DNA from: Candidatus Bathyarchaeota archaeon
GTDB lineage: Archaea; Thermoproteota; Bathyarchaeia; Bathyarchaeales; Bathycorpusculaceae
Direction of reading: 5' to 3'
Assembly (NCBI GenBank): GCA_963827165.1
Contig: CAWGZR010000010.1
Span: 128,001 to 192,000, forward strand
DNA length: 64,000 bases
The position numbers were made by a program, and so were the translations under genes. The notes below the pieces were generated by a model. It was not told the DNA's origin and searched no databases. It was given only the letters and a program-made list of their open reading frames with translations. This document shows positions 47,845 through 58,168 of the stretch, one piece after another (position 1 is the stretch's first letter; every line of letters begins with the position of its first letter).

Positions 47845-48153
47845 TTAGAACTTGCAGAAAAGCTCCCACAGCAAATCAACAAGGAAGCATTTATCTTCTC
47901 CACATCTGCAAATACTGAAAACGCACCCAAATTCCACTCGCTTCTTAGGGAAAAACTCCAATCAAGAGGATATACGATTGTTGACGAATTTAATTGTGCT
48001 GGATTCAACTGGTGGGGTCCATTAAAACTGGTGGGTGGCACTAAGAAAGATAGACCAAACATTGAAGATCTCAAACATGCTGAAGAGTTCGCTTTGAAAA
48101 TAAAAGATAAACCACAAAAGACTAATGAAATGACTATTACTGTCCACAGTTAA
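47845..48153 (+). pseudogene. C-terminal half of a flavodoxin-family protein
   Basis: LELAEKLP...AFIFSTS...FHSLLREKLQSRGYTIVDEFNCAGF...GG..KDRPNIEDLKHAEEFA; preceded by an in-frame TGA, no start or N-terminal half. Confidence 0.75.
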
Positions 48154-48325
48154 ATTTTGTTCCAAACCACTTGGTAAACCATTTAAAACTTCCACATTCA
48201 TCTCTCGAAGCGCATGTTAAGCAAGGAAATTCCTTACCAGCAACGTCTATTACACTTGATATTCTTTCGACAGTGGCTTTTTCATTTACGATTTCTTCGA
48301 CTTGTTTTTCTATTTCACCTGACAT
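48137..48325 (-). CDS. Small Cys-motif protein
   Basis: AGGTGA SD; FPCLTCASRDECGSFKWF (C-x2-C-x5-C). Confidence 0.65.
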   Translation of the reverse strand: MSGEIEKQVEEIVNEKATVERISSVIDVAGKEFPCLTCASRDECGSFKWFTKWFGTKFNCGQ

Positions 48326-48404
48326 CTCAAATCACCTAAATATTGAACCTAAAATAGACAACAAAAAGAAAAAAGTGTTTGAGAGTTTTGTAAAACGTTT
48401 GCAT

Positions 48405-48806
48405 CTATGCTAGTTTTTTGCTACCTTGTCCGGGCGAAGCGGAGAAGACTTCAGTGACTTTTATTATTCCAACACTTTTTATTTTCATTTTCGAGGTTTC
48501 CATACTCTTCTTTGCGAAGTTATCGAAAATTGGTCCGTTTGTTTGGAAACCACTGAATGTTCCCTTTAGTTGGTAGCCTGTCATTGGTCCTTTGAACACT
48601 GCAATAGCAACTTGCTTGTTTTTTTCAAGGTTTTCTTTTGTTTTTATGATGAAAACTTCTGCGAACGCAATAGTTTCGGGGTCTACTGCTACAAAGCTCC
48701 ATAATGGAACTACGTTTGGAATGCCTTTAGCGTCTACTGTTGCAATCATTTTCGCTGAATCACTTGCACTTAAAACATCCATTACTTCTTTAGGTATACT
48801 TACCAA
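48405..48806 (-). CDS. Pyridoxamine 5'-phosphate oxidase-like FMN-binding split-barrel protein
   Basis: IATVDAKGIPNVVP, KTKENLEKN, GYQLKG, SPGQGSKK. Confidence 0.88.
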   Translation of the reverse strand: MVSIPKEVMDVLSASDSAKMIATVDAKGIPNVVPLWSFVAVDPETIAFAEVFIIKTKENLEKNKQVAIAVFKGPMTGYQLKGTFSGFQTNGPIFDNFAKKSMETSKMKIKSVGIIKVTEVFSASPGQGSKKLA

Positions 48807-48903
48807 AATTCACACTTCCTACTAATGGAAACATAACTGCAATACTCTAATATACTTTTAGGGAATTAGAATATACTCAGCAAATGCAAGGGAAGTACAG
48901 TAT

Positions 48904-49668
48904 TTGGCTAACACAGGCAAGGATTCATCATCCGATTACCTAATTGGTGCAATCGCTGAGTTGAAGATGGAGATTAAAGGCTTAAGAGCAGACATGAACA
49001 GGGTAGAAGAAACCGTTTTGAAGGAACGTCTTCGTGCAATTGAAGATACTCTTATACAAAATCACCTATTGGTCTATGCTGGTCAGAGGTCGCAATCTCT
49101 AAATCAAGACATTGCAACGTTGCTCAAAGAAGATTGCCAAAACAGAGACAAATGTCTTGAGCATTACAAAAACACAATAGAAGAAAACACGCAAGTTATC
49201 AAACAGTCTGGAACAAAAGAAGCTCTTGCAGACTTTGATGATAAAATAGCTGAAACCGAGTTAATGGTTGAAAAGACCAAAGGTCAGCAATGCGGAAACT
49301 GTTTCTCCAACTTTGATAAGAAGCTAAAGCGTGAAAAAAGAGCGTTCCAAGAAATACTCTTGGTCAAAGACGTTAACAACGATAAAATAGTTAACAATCG
49401 GTCTTTGGATATTCCATTTCTTTTGCAAAACTTGTTTGAACCTTTAGGAAATGATTCACGGCTCAAAATCTTAGCTATTGTATATGAGGGAAAAAAGAGT
49501 TTCTCAGAGTTGTCAAAAATAGTAGACCTCAAAGCTGGTCATCTCACATTTCACTTAAAAAAACTGGTTAATGCGAAGTTGATTGCTCAAGAAGCATCGA
49601 AAGGAGATTACATCATAACTCAAAAAGGCTTGGCTCTTGTTAAGGAGATGCTTAACCTTCAAAAATAA
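48904..49668 (+). CDS. ArsR-type wHTH regulator with Cys-containing N-terminal coiled-coil domain
   Basis: EPLGNDSRLKIL...SFSELSKIVDLKAGHLTFHLKKL...GDYIITQKG; N-terminal C-x5-C and CGNC. Confidence 0.85.
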   Translation: MANTGKDSSSDYLIGAIAELKMEIKGLRADMNRVEETVLKERLRAIEDTLIQNHLLVYAGQRSQSLNQDIATLLKEDCQNRDKCLEHYKNTIEENTQVIKQSGTKEALADFDDKIAETELMVEKTKGQQCGNCFSNFDKKLKREKRAFQEILLVKDVNNDKIVNNRSLDIPFLLQNLFEPLGNDSRLKILAIVYEGKKSFSELSKIVDLKAGHLTFHLKKLVNAKLIAQEASKGDYIITQKGLALVKEMLNLQK

Positions 49669-49692
49669 AGCTAACAGATTAAAGGTGATTAG

Positions 49693-50295
49693 ATGAAGAT
49701 AAAAATCAGGATGTATTCAGATTATATCTGTCCTTTCTGTTATCTCGGTGAAGCAATAATTGAAAAACTCAAAAACAGATACGCCATTGAAATGGAACAT
49801 ATCGGCATAGAAATCCACCCTGAGACACCAGAAGAAGGAGTAGACCTGAGAGGAAGAATCTACGGAATAGAAGAGATGTATGAGAATTTGAGGTGTAGAG
49901 GAAAAGAGTATGGTCTTAACTTCTGTGATGTTGGACTCCTCTCGAATTCAAGAGGAGCACTCATAGTCGGTGAATATGCTAGAACTGTCGGCAAGAATGC
50001 AGAATTCACCCATGAGGTATTCAAAGCCTACTTTGAAGGTTGCTTAGATATTGGGAAAGAAGCAGTTATTTTGGAAATTGCACAGAAAGTTGGTTTATTT
50101 AAGAAAGAAGTCGAAGACTGCTTGAAAAACCCGTTGTATCAAAATAGTTTTGCGGATAACTGTGCTGAAGCTAGAAAACACGATGTTAGCGGTGTACCAA
50201 CATTCATTGTAAATGGCAAATACAGAATCACGGGAGCACAGTCAGAGGAAACATTTGTGGAGTTCTTTGAAAAGATTAACAAGGAATGCTCCTGA
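49693..50295 (+). CDS. DsbA/FrnE-family thioredoxin-fold oxidoreductase
   Basis: YSDYICPFCYLG, HPETP, GVPTFIVNG...GAQ. Confidence 0.92.
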   Translation: MKIKIRMYSDYICPFCYLGEAIIEKLKNRYAIEMEHIGIEIHPETPEEGVDLRGRIYGIEEMYENLRCRGKEYGLNFCDVGLLSNSRGALIVGEYARTVGKNAEFTHEVFKAYFEGCLDIGKEAVILEIAQKVGLFKKEVEDCLKNPLYQNSFADNCAEARKHDVSGVPTFIVNGKYRITGAQSEETFVEFFEKINKECS

Positions 50296-50731
50296 AGTTA
50301 CAAAAAGACTTGGAAGAGTTCGCTTCAAAAAACTGAAGAAGTGAAATCAAGAGACATGAATGGAAAACTATTGTCTTCATAGTCTATGTACAGTTGCTTT
50401 ATCTCCACCTTTGACTTTTCTCTGTTTGCCGAGCAAATCCTTTTGGGTCACTAGCAGGTAAGAGCACCAACACTCCAGCAACTCCTATTTTTTCACCTGC
50501 CAGTGACCAATTCGAAACTCTCAAACATCAAATAGTATGTCCGCGTTGCCTCTCTTGTATGTGCTTTTAGTGGTCTTTTTGTTGAGCCTATTGAGGAATA
50601 CTTCCATGTTGGTAAGTGCTTTTTGTTCTGTACATTTAGGTTTCTAAGATATACCCATGTTGTGCGGAACACCGCAAAGTATATTGCTCATAGAGTTAGT
50701 TCTAACCCAGTTTTAGTTTGACCATGAGCCG

Positions 50732-51424
50732 ATGAGTATGGCTGTAGAAGCGGTAATATTCGATTTAGACGGGACAATTGCGCATTTCAACTTGGACTAC
50801 AAAGCCCTGCGCGCTGAAATCAGAGGCTTCCTTATGAGAGCAGGAGTTCCCGCTTCGGTTTTAAACATTAACGAAAGCATTTTTGAAATGCTGGGAAAAG
50901 CCGAGATTTTCTTCAAGAACGGTGACAAATCAAATTCGGCCAACGTGTTTGGAGCGGTTCGCGCAGAAGCTTTAGCTATCGCTGAAAAATACGAGATGGA
51001 AGCTGCTTCTACAACAAGTTTGCAGACAGGAGCCGTTGAGACGCTGAAAGAGCTCAAAGCGATGAATCTAAAGATGGGTTTATGCACCATTAACAATGAA
51101 AAAGCAGTAAAGTACATTCTTCAACGCTTCAAAATTGAAGAATTCTTCGCCGCAGTTGTTCCACGAGAAAAAGTTAAGTACGTCAAGCCACATACGGAAC
51201 AGTTTGAAATGACGCTTAAAGTGCTGGGAATCCAAGCTCAATCGACCGTCGTCGTCGGAGATAGCGTTGCTGACATGCAAAGCGCCAAAGAACTCAAAGC
51301 AATCGCGGTTGGAATCCCGACTGGAACAGCTACAATGGATCAACTTAAAAAGAATTCAGCGAATTACATCATAACTTCGCTAAGTGACCTACCGCATCTC
51401 ATCAAAGAAATAAATAAGCCTTAA
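50732..51424 (+). CDS. HAD-superfamily hydrolase (phosphoglycolate phosphatase-like)
   Basis: IFDLDGT, KP, VVGDSVADM. Confidence 0.9.
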   Translation: MSMAVEAVIFDLDGTIAHFNLDYKALRAEIRGFLMRAGVPASVLNINESIFEMLGKAEIFFKNGDKSNSANVFGAVRAEALAIAEKYEMEAASTTSLQTGAVETLKELKAMNLKMGLCTINNEKAVKYILQRFKIEEFFAAVVPREKVKYVKPHTEQFEMTLKVLGIQAQSTVVVGDSVADMQSAKELKAIAVGIPTGTATMDQLKKNSANYIITSLSDLPHLIKEINKP

Positions 51425-54400
51425 GCAGCCGTAACTACATCGTCTTTTAAGACAAGTTTTCTATCTCTTACCAGCCGCTTGAGGATTTCCGAAAACACCT
51501 CTTCCGTGCCTTCCGCCGAATGGTTAAGCCCAAAAACCTTAGCCGTTTCCCAAATCAACGATTCCCGACTGATGCCCAGCGCATACCGCGTGACAAGCAA
51601 CATAGCCGCTTCCACTTCCTCAGGGGCGATGTATTCGGGTTTGCGTTTAGTTTCGGGGATGCCTTGCACGGGAACCCTTATCGGAGTTTCCTTAAGAGTG
51701 GGAGACCAAAGGAAGCTTCCTTTAAGAACGACTTTCTGTTCCTTTAACAAATTGTTTAGGGCTCCTTTCACTGCATGTCTTATCTGCGGGGTCACCTGTT
51801 TGGTTCCCCACGCGGCTGCCAAACGTTCCGTTGCGTATTCAAAGTGAATTGGCCCTTCATTTTGCACAAGCTCAGATAGGAGTTTGGTTTGGTTTTCCCT
51901 ATTTTCAGGAAAGTGGAACTCGTTTTTTTGTTTAGAATCAACTGAGCCACGAGCCCCTGCGACCATTATGTACGGGTTGAACATTGCCTTGAGCGCGTAG
52001 GTTTTGTAGGGAACTCCGATTTTTTCGACTCCTGCAAACTCGTTTCTCTGCACATCAGTTTTCGGAGCCATCCCTTCCTTGACCTCAATCACCGGTTTCT
52101 GTGAATCCTTGTCCAACTGCTGTTTACTTGCTTGTTCCAAGTCTTCCTTCAGGCGCCGAATTTCAGAGTCGCGTCTTGCAACCCAAGCAGGAGACCAAAC
52201 GCGGTGAATCCGCCAACCAAGTTGCCGCAATACCTGTTCACGGAGGCGGTCTCTGTCCCGCGCGCTGCTGCTTGACCTATATGAGGCTCCATCGCATTCC
52301 ACGCCGAGCAAGAAATTGCCCGGGTTCACTGGGTCTAAAACGCCGATGTCAATCCTGTAGCCGCTGCACCCCACCTGCGGAACAACCTCGTAACCCATCT
52401 TCTTAATTTCCTCCGCCACATCCTCATCCAAAGCCGATTCAAACTCGCCTTCCCGCGACTTCACCGACCCCAAAGTTTCAGTCCCATGCTCAGCGTAATC
52501 TATGTAGTAACGTAGCGTTTGCACTCCAAGCGCCTTTGTTTCAGCGTCGATATCAGTTGCCTTAATCGATGTTACAAGAACCACTTTTTCCCGGGCTCTG
52601 GTAACTGCAACGTTTAGACGCCGCTCACCGCCAGGCTTGTTAAGTGGACCAAAATTCATAGCCATCTGCTTGCCCTCGTCGAAGCCGTAGCCGACGCTAA
52701 AGAAGATGACGTCCCGTTCGTCACCTTGAACGTTCTCTAAGTTCTTCACGAAGAAGCCTTCCAAACGATCCTCTTTAAAGAATGGTTCGAAGTCAGGCTG
52801 CATTTTTAGTCGGTTATCTATGGCTTCTTCAACAGCTTCCATCTGGGCTATGCTGAACGTTACTACGCCGAGGGTTTTCTTCGGGTAGAGACGGAAATGT
52901 TCGAAGACAAGATCAGCCACTTTTTCTGCTTCCTTGATGTTGTTTCTTTTTCCGCCTCGGACGTAGACGCCGTCTGGGACGTAAACCAATTTTACGCCTA
53001 AAGCGTCGTCTTGGGCTCTTGCAGCGGGAAAAGTGACGAGTTCATCTTCGTAGAAGCGGTGGTTCGAGAAAGCAATTAACCCTTCATGCTTGCTGCGGTA
53101 GTGCCAACGCAGCGTTTTGACTGGTAACCCGATGCCGAGGCACTCGTCAAGGATGCTGTCGAAAACTTCAACGTCTTCGTCGTTGAGTTCATCCCAATCT
53201 ACATCGTCGAAGAGGCTTTTCTGGAAAAACGACGTGGGTGGCAACTGCTTGTTATCGCCTGCAACGACTAGTGTTTTTCCGCGGTAAATCGAGCCAATGG
53301 CGTCTTCAGGAACAATTTGTGAAGCCTCATCAAACAAAACCAAGTCAAACTTCATGTCAGGAGGCAGGAACTGGCTTACGCTTATGGGGCTCATCAATAG
53401 GCAAGGCTTGAGTTTACCAAGTAAGTTAGGGATTTTTTGGAAAAGCACCCTGATCGGCATCAGCTGCCTCTTTTTTGAGGCTTCTTTTTGTAGAACGGCT
53501 ACTTCAGAGTCGGCTGCTTGAATTAGGATGTCTTGGGGTTTGCGGCTGTTCGCCTGTTCGATAACCATGCTGGAGCTCAGCTTAATGAGGTCCTGATCCA
53601 ATTTTTTGAAGTCTGCGATCAGTTGCTCTTGGTTTTCCCATCTGAACCTGCCCAGCTTGGGGTCTTCATTATACAGGTTATTTATCCATTCTTGATACAC
53701 GCCTCTTCGAAAAACATCCACCAAGTCTGCTGCTGAAAGTTTCTGCTCGGCTAAGTGGTTGAAGAACTGGTCAAAGCCGCGGAGCGCAAAGCGGTTTTTG
53801 ATGTCTTTAAAGTCAACCCAAACCTGAATGTCGTCAACACGGTTTCGTAATGCATGGATTCGTTCACCGATCACACTTATTTCTAAATCTTTCAGGAGAT
53901 TGTTTTTGTATTTCATCGGCGCTTCAAAATGAGCCTCAAAATCGCTAAGAACTTTTAAGGATGCATCGCGTTTTTGTGTTAGCTCCCTGCTTGATGGAGC
54001 CGCAGTTGGTCCTTGAGCCGCGATTTGCGCGAAAGCAAATGGAACAGGAATATCAAGGAATGCTGCCTGAACCTTTTTCACCCATTCAATAACCTCAACG
54101 ATGTCTTGCCAGTTTGTATCAAGCTCGTTGAAGCGTGAGCCAAACTTCTCTTGAAGCTGCGCCTTTTCACCGATGATAGCCGCTTCTTTCTTGCGTATTT
54201 CTTCCGCGTTTTGAAGGTCATCTATAAGCTGCTTGTAGTTTGATGGTTCCTCCTTGCTGACTGCAAGAGTTTCCCTTGTCAATCCTTTAAGCGGGGTCAG
54301 TTGCCTTTCTGTTTCGTTCAGCCATTCCTCAACCATCGGGATCGGTGTCCAAGTAATTGCGGCGCTAGATTTGGTCATGCTTGCCGGGATAAGTGACTCG

Positions 54401-57121
54401 ACGTCTTTGAGCAGCTGCTCCCACTTAACCACCGACTCTTGAAGCTCCATACCCAAATTCTTAATCATTGGCGACGGAGTGGAATTGTTAGTTACGAGTT
54501 TGAGCAGGTTTTCGGGGATGGTTGTTGCCCAAGAAAGCTTGCGGATTTCCGCGGCTATTAACAAGGCCTTTTCAGCGCCGTTGAAGTCTGTTTTGGATTT
54601 GTGATAGTAGTGGCCAAGCAAGGTTCGGACGGTTTCAGTTGATTCATCAATTTCTGTCTCTAACTTCTTGACTTTCCGAGCGCCAACAAGGTCGGTCAAC
54701 ACGGTTTTGGGAACTTTGCCGTCGACGGTGACCGCAGCGATTTGTTTTTGGTCGTTGCGGTAGCTTGAGTTGAAAATCTTAAGCGAGGCTTGACTGTACT
54801 CATTATACCTCGCGATCAAACCGTCGAGGTCCAGCTTGTAGAGCCCCTCATTGTAGGTTCCGTCCAAGCGGCTTTTTAGAAGACTGTGGTCTTGATATAG
54901 CCGTTTGGCTTTCGGCAATATTTCCTCAACTTGCTCGAAGTACTTGCTGTCAAACCACAGCGGTTCAGGCTTGTCTTGGCTGAAGCAAAGCAAAGCGATA
55001 CGGGCTAATTCTTTTACTTGCGTAATCGTCAACCCGTCGCTGTCCAACCCCAAGGTTGGAGCAAGCGCCTGCGAGGTTTCACGCCATTTCCGTGCAGCCA
55101 TCTCGGTGTTCTTTATGAAAGTCAAAAGTTTTTCGCGTTTGGAATAGAATTCGTTCTCTTCCAACCGGACCCCAGGCATCAAATTGTTTAACGCATCGAG
55201 TTGCCGTTTTAATTCTGTTGACGCGTTAAGAGCCAAGTTGAACAGGGAAGGTTGGTAGCGTTCCATGAGGCTTATTCGGGTTTCTTTTATCCATAGAGTT
55301 GTTTCATTGTAGCTTTTGGCTTCATTGTAGAGTTTTCCGGTTTCTGAGTTAGTCATCCAATAAGCTTCAGGCTTGGGGCTTTCAGTTAAGAACTTGCTAA
55401 CTTCTAAAAGCCAATTGATGCGCGAAAATGTTTTAGGCGGAAAAACATCCAGTTTAGCGGAGAAATCTTCCGTTTCAAGCTTCAAATCCCCCAGGGTTTC
55501 GTTGATGTTTTCGAGCGACGTCAGCACTTCTGAGCGGAGCTCCAAATTGTAGAAGTCAGCGCGGTAGCCTAGCCACGGAAAGTCGGGTTCTTCTATCACT
55601 TGCCAGACCTTGCTTAGTTGAGAAACGAGAGCTTCCAACTCATGCATTTTCTGAGGGGTCAGAGTTCCCAAATCAGTTAACCCGACGGGCACGAAGGGAA
55701 CCCGCTCAAGGCTGGAAATCAAACTTAAAACTTCGTAGGCACTCCTCTGCAGGAACGGTCGCGTCTCATGCAAAGCGGCAACATAACCGTTTAGTGTTTC
55801 CCGATATTCAGTCATTCTTTCAAATTCGTGGACGGAGGGCAATTTTCGTGGGATCAGGTTTTCGTCAAGGCTACGTTTCAACTCGGCAACAACTTGTTGT
55901 TTGTTGGCTTTGCTGCTGTGAAGTTCAAGGCAAAAATGAGCCAACCCAACTTCGCTGAGCCGTTTGTAAACGACTTCTAGGGCTGCCATTTTGTCGCTGA
56001 CGAAAAGCACAGATTTCCCATTTGCAATGCATTCTGCTATTATGTTCGCTATTGTTTGGCTTTTTCCAGTGCCAGGCGGACCCTTCATGACGAAGCTTTG
56101 TCCGCGCAATGCGTATTCTATGGAGACTCGTTGGCTGCTGTCGGCATCTAGAACCTGGTGAGTTTTGTCTGGCGGCTCGATTTTGTCAACGTCTTTCTCG
56201 TCGGGCAACCCGTCTAAGAATCAGGTTGTTTTCTTTGATGCCTGCGATTGCCCTTATGATAGGGTGCTGCGTAACTAACGCGGAGTTCGACTCTAAATCT
56301 TTGTAAATAACCAGTTTTTGGAAGGAGAAAAGCCCAAGGTCAGTTGACGACTCAACTTTCCAGCCCAGTTCAGCAACCGCCAGATTGACCTTGTCGAAGT
56401 AATCTTGCAGAGTAAGGTTTTCCCATTCTTCAGGCAAAGATGGCAAATCGATTTTGTAGTCGTTTTTCAGTTTGACCTGCAGGGCTGGGTTCAAAACCTC
56501 TTCGTCCTCAACAGGCGGCAAGCCCACACTGTATGGTTGACGTACAGTGTCTCTCGTAAGTTCTAGGGGCACAAGAATCAAAGGAGACTGAACTTGCTCT
56601 TTTGTCTCCGAATCAACCCAGTTAAGAGTACCAAAAGCCGCATGCAAAATGCGAACACCCCGTTCACGGTAATCCAGAAGCGAACGCCACTGCAGGCCTT
56701 TGAGGTTCCTTTCAAGTTCTGTGCGTGACATTTTTCCGCAAACCAACTGGTTTACCTTAGGACGTTGAGGTGCCTCAGGCACTGCTAGTGCATCTTTGAC
56801 AGAGGCTTTAAAATCGGCTTTCGCGGTTTTGGCGGCTTTGCCCTTAGCTTTTCCTTTCGGCTTTTCGCCTTCTGCCAGTTTTTGCGCTTCCTCAGGTGGT
56901 ATCCAGAATTCCAATTTTTTCTTTTTCAAAACCAACGAGTTAAAAACCATTTGCATGTCAGGTTGGGTAATCGGTAGGCTTCCTCGCTTGTTTTTATGGA
57001 AGTATAGAAGGTTGTTTCTTCTTGAAAGGTCAATTAATCTTGACTTCCAATCTTCCACTCTTTTCATAGGCTGGGAAGCAAAAGTTTGCGTCATAGCCAC
57101 ATCTACACCCACTGGTTCCAT
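51421..57121 (-). CDS. DUF4011 - SF1 helicase - Vsr-like nuclease - DUF3320 protein (Hhe-like antiviral protein), split by a +1 frameshift at ~56218-56212
   Basis: WKSRLIDLSRRNNLL (DUF4011); DADSSQ, GPPGTGKSQT, LMSP.SVSQ, FDEASQ, GDNKQLPPT, HYRS, NVQGDERD, RRLNVAVTRAR; FES..E..V...GYRIDIG...GVECDG..Y...RDRD...GW (Vsr-like). Confidence 0.9.
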
Positions 57122-57305
57122 AATTACGCGGATGCTTCTTTAATATTTGCGCTATCTCCATAACCCATCAAGCAATCAATTACTCAACTTTCAAGCCGTA
57201 AAAGTGTCACTTGGCGCGTACCAATTGCATAAATGCATCAAAAAACAAACGTCAATATTTTCTAACCCCTAAATCGATTTCCACACTCTTAATAATTTCA
57301 GACGT

Positions 57306-57932
57306 TTAGGTTTGGTCGTTGCTCTTGTTGATTGCCTCATCAACTACCCGTAGCACGTTTTCAAGTCCCACCGCTTTAACCTCAAGAATAGGAAGACCCA
57401 AGCCTGAAGCTTGTAGCTCTTCGAGGCATTTTTTGGCGTTGCCGCATGTATCTAAAAGCACGATGCCTTTGATTCCACTGAACATGCCTGCAAAAGCCGC
57501 TTCGTCGACTCCCTGCCGCAGCATTTTCTCTTTCATGCCCTTGAAGAACTCGATCATGCCTGGACCCATAAACAGCAGGTTGTGTTCAGGGTCTACTTCA
57601 AAGAATTTTCCTCCGCCACCCAGTTGGCAATCGACGCAGTTTGCCGCGTCAACCTTTGCGACACCGTATGCGTCAGTCAGTTTTTTCATTTCGCCGTTTT
57701 GTCCAAGGCAGAGGTCGCCATAAACCACCACTATTTTGCCGGTGAATCGCTTGAGGGTTGCTTCGAGGACTTTTCGAAGGTTTTTTTCCACCTCTTCGTA
57801 GTCGACATGGAAATATTTGCTGACGAAAACAAGCTCCGCATCAAGGCGACCTTCTCGGACTAGACATTGGAGTTCGTCTTTTAAGACACTACAGGAAACA
57901 AGACAAACCTTACTCTTTCCACTAATAACCAA
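57306..57932 (-). CDS. DUF1638-like protein
   Basis: VSCSVLKDEL, FHVD, VYGDLC, NCVDCQLG. Confidence 0.7.
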   Translation of the reverse strand: MVISGKSKVCLVSCSVLKDELQCLVREGRLDAELVFVSKYFHVDYEEVEKNLRKVLEATLKRFTGKIVVVYGDLCLGQNGEMKKLTDAYGVAKVDAANCVDCQLGGGGKFFEVDPEHNLLFMGPGMIEFFKGMKEKMLRQGVDEAAFAGMFSGIKGIVLLDTCGNAKKCLEELQASGLGLPILEVKAVGLENVLRVVDEAINKSNDQT

Positions 57933-58168
57933 GCACCTTCAAGTAAGCATAAACCTTGAATCCGAAAAAGCTTTGCTTATTTCTGTTCAAGGCAAACAAA
58001 GATGGTTTGTTGCGAAGCTTTTGGATCTTTTCCAAAGGTTTTCGATCCCTTTTTGAACCAAGGAGCCACAAGCGTCAAACCTAAAAGCAGCCCAAAAACA
58101 AAAAACGGAATGGGACAACTATTTACAACTAAACAATAGTGGTGAATAGCAAAATTAAGAAAAAAAGC

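Larger units (their letters stand above)
46640..50682. mobile_element. AT-rich ~4 kb inserted element bounded by direct and inverted repeats; no intact recombinase
   Basis: ACCGCAAAGTAT at 46640-46651 and 50671-50682; 21-bp imperfect inverted repeats at 46650-46670 and 50650-50670; visibly lower GC; HNH gene and gene fragments inside. Confidence 0.62.
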
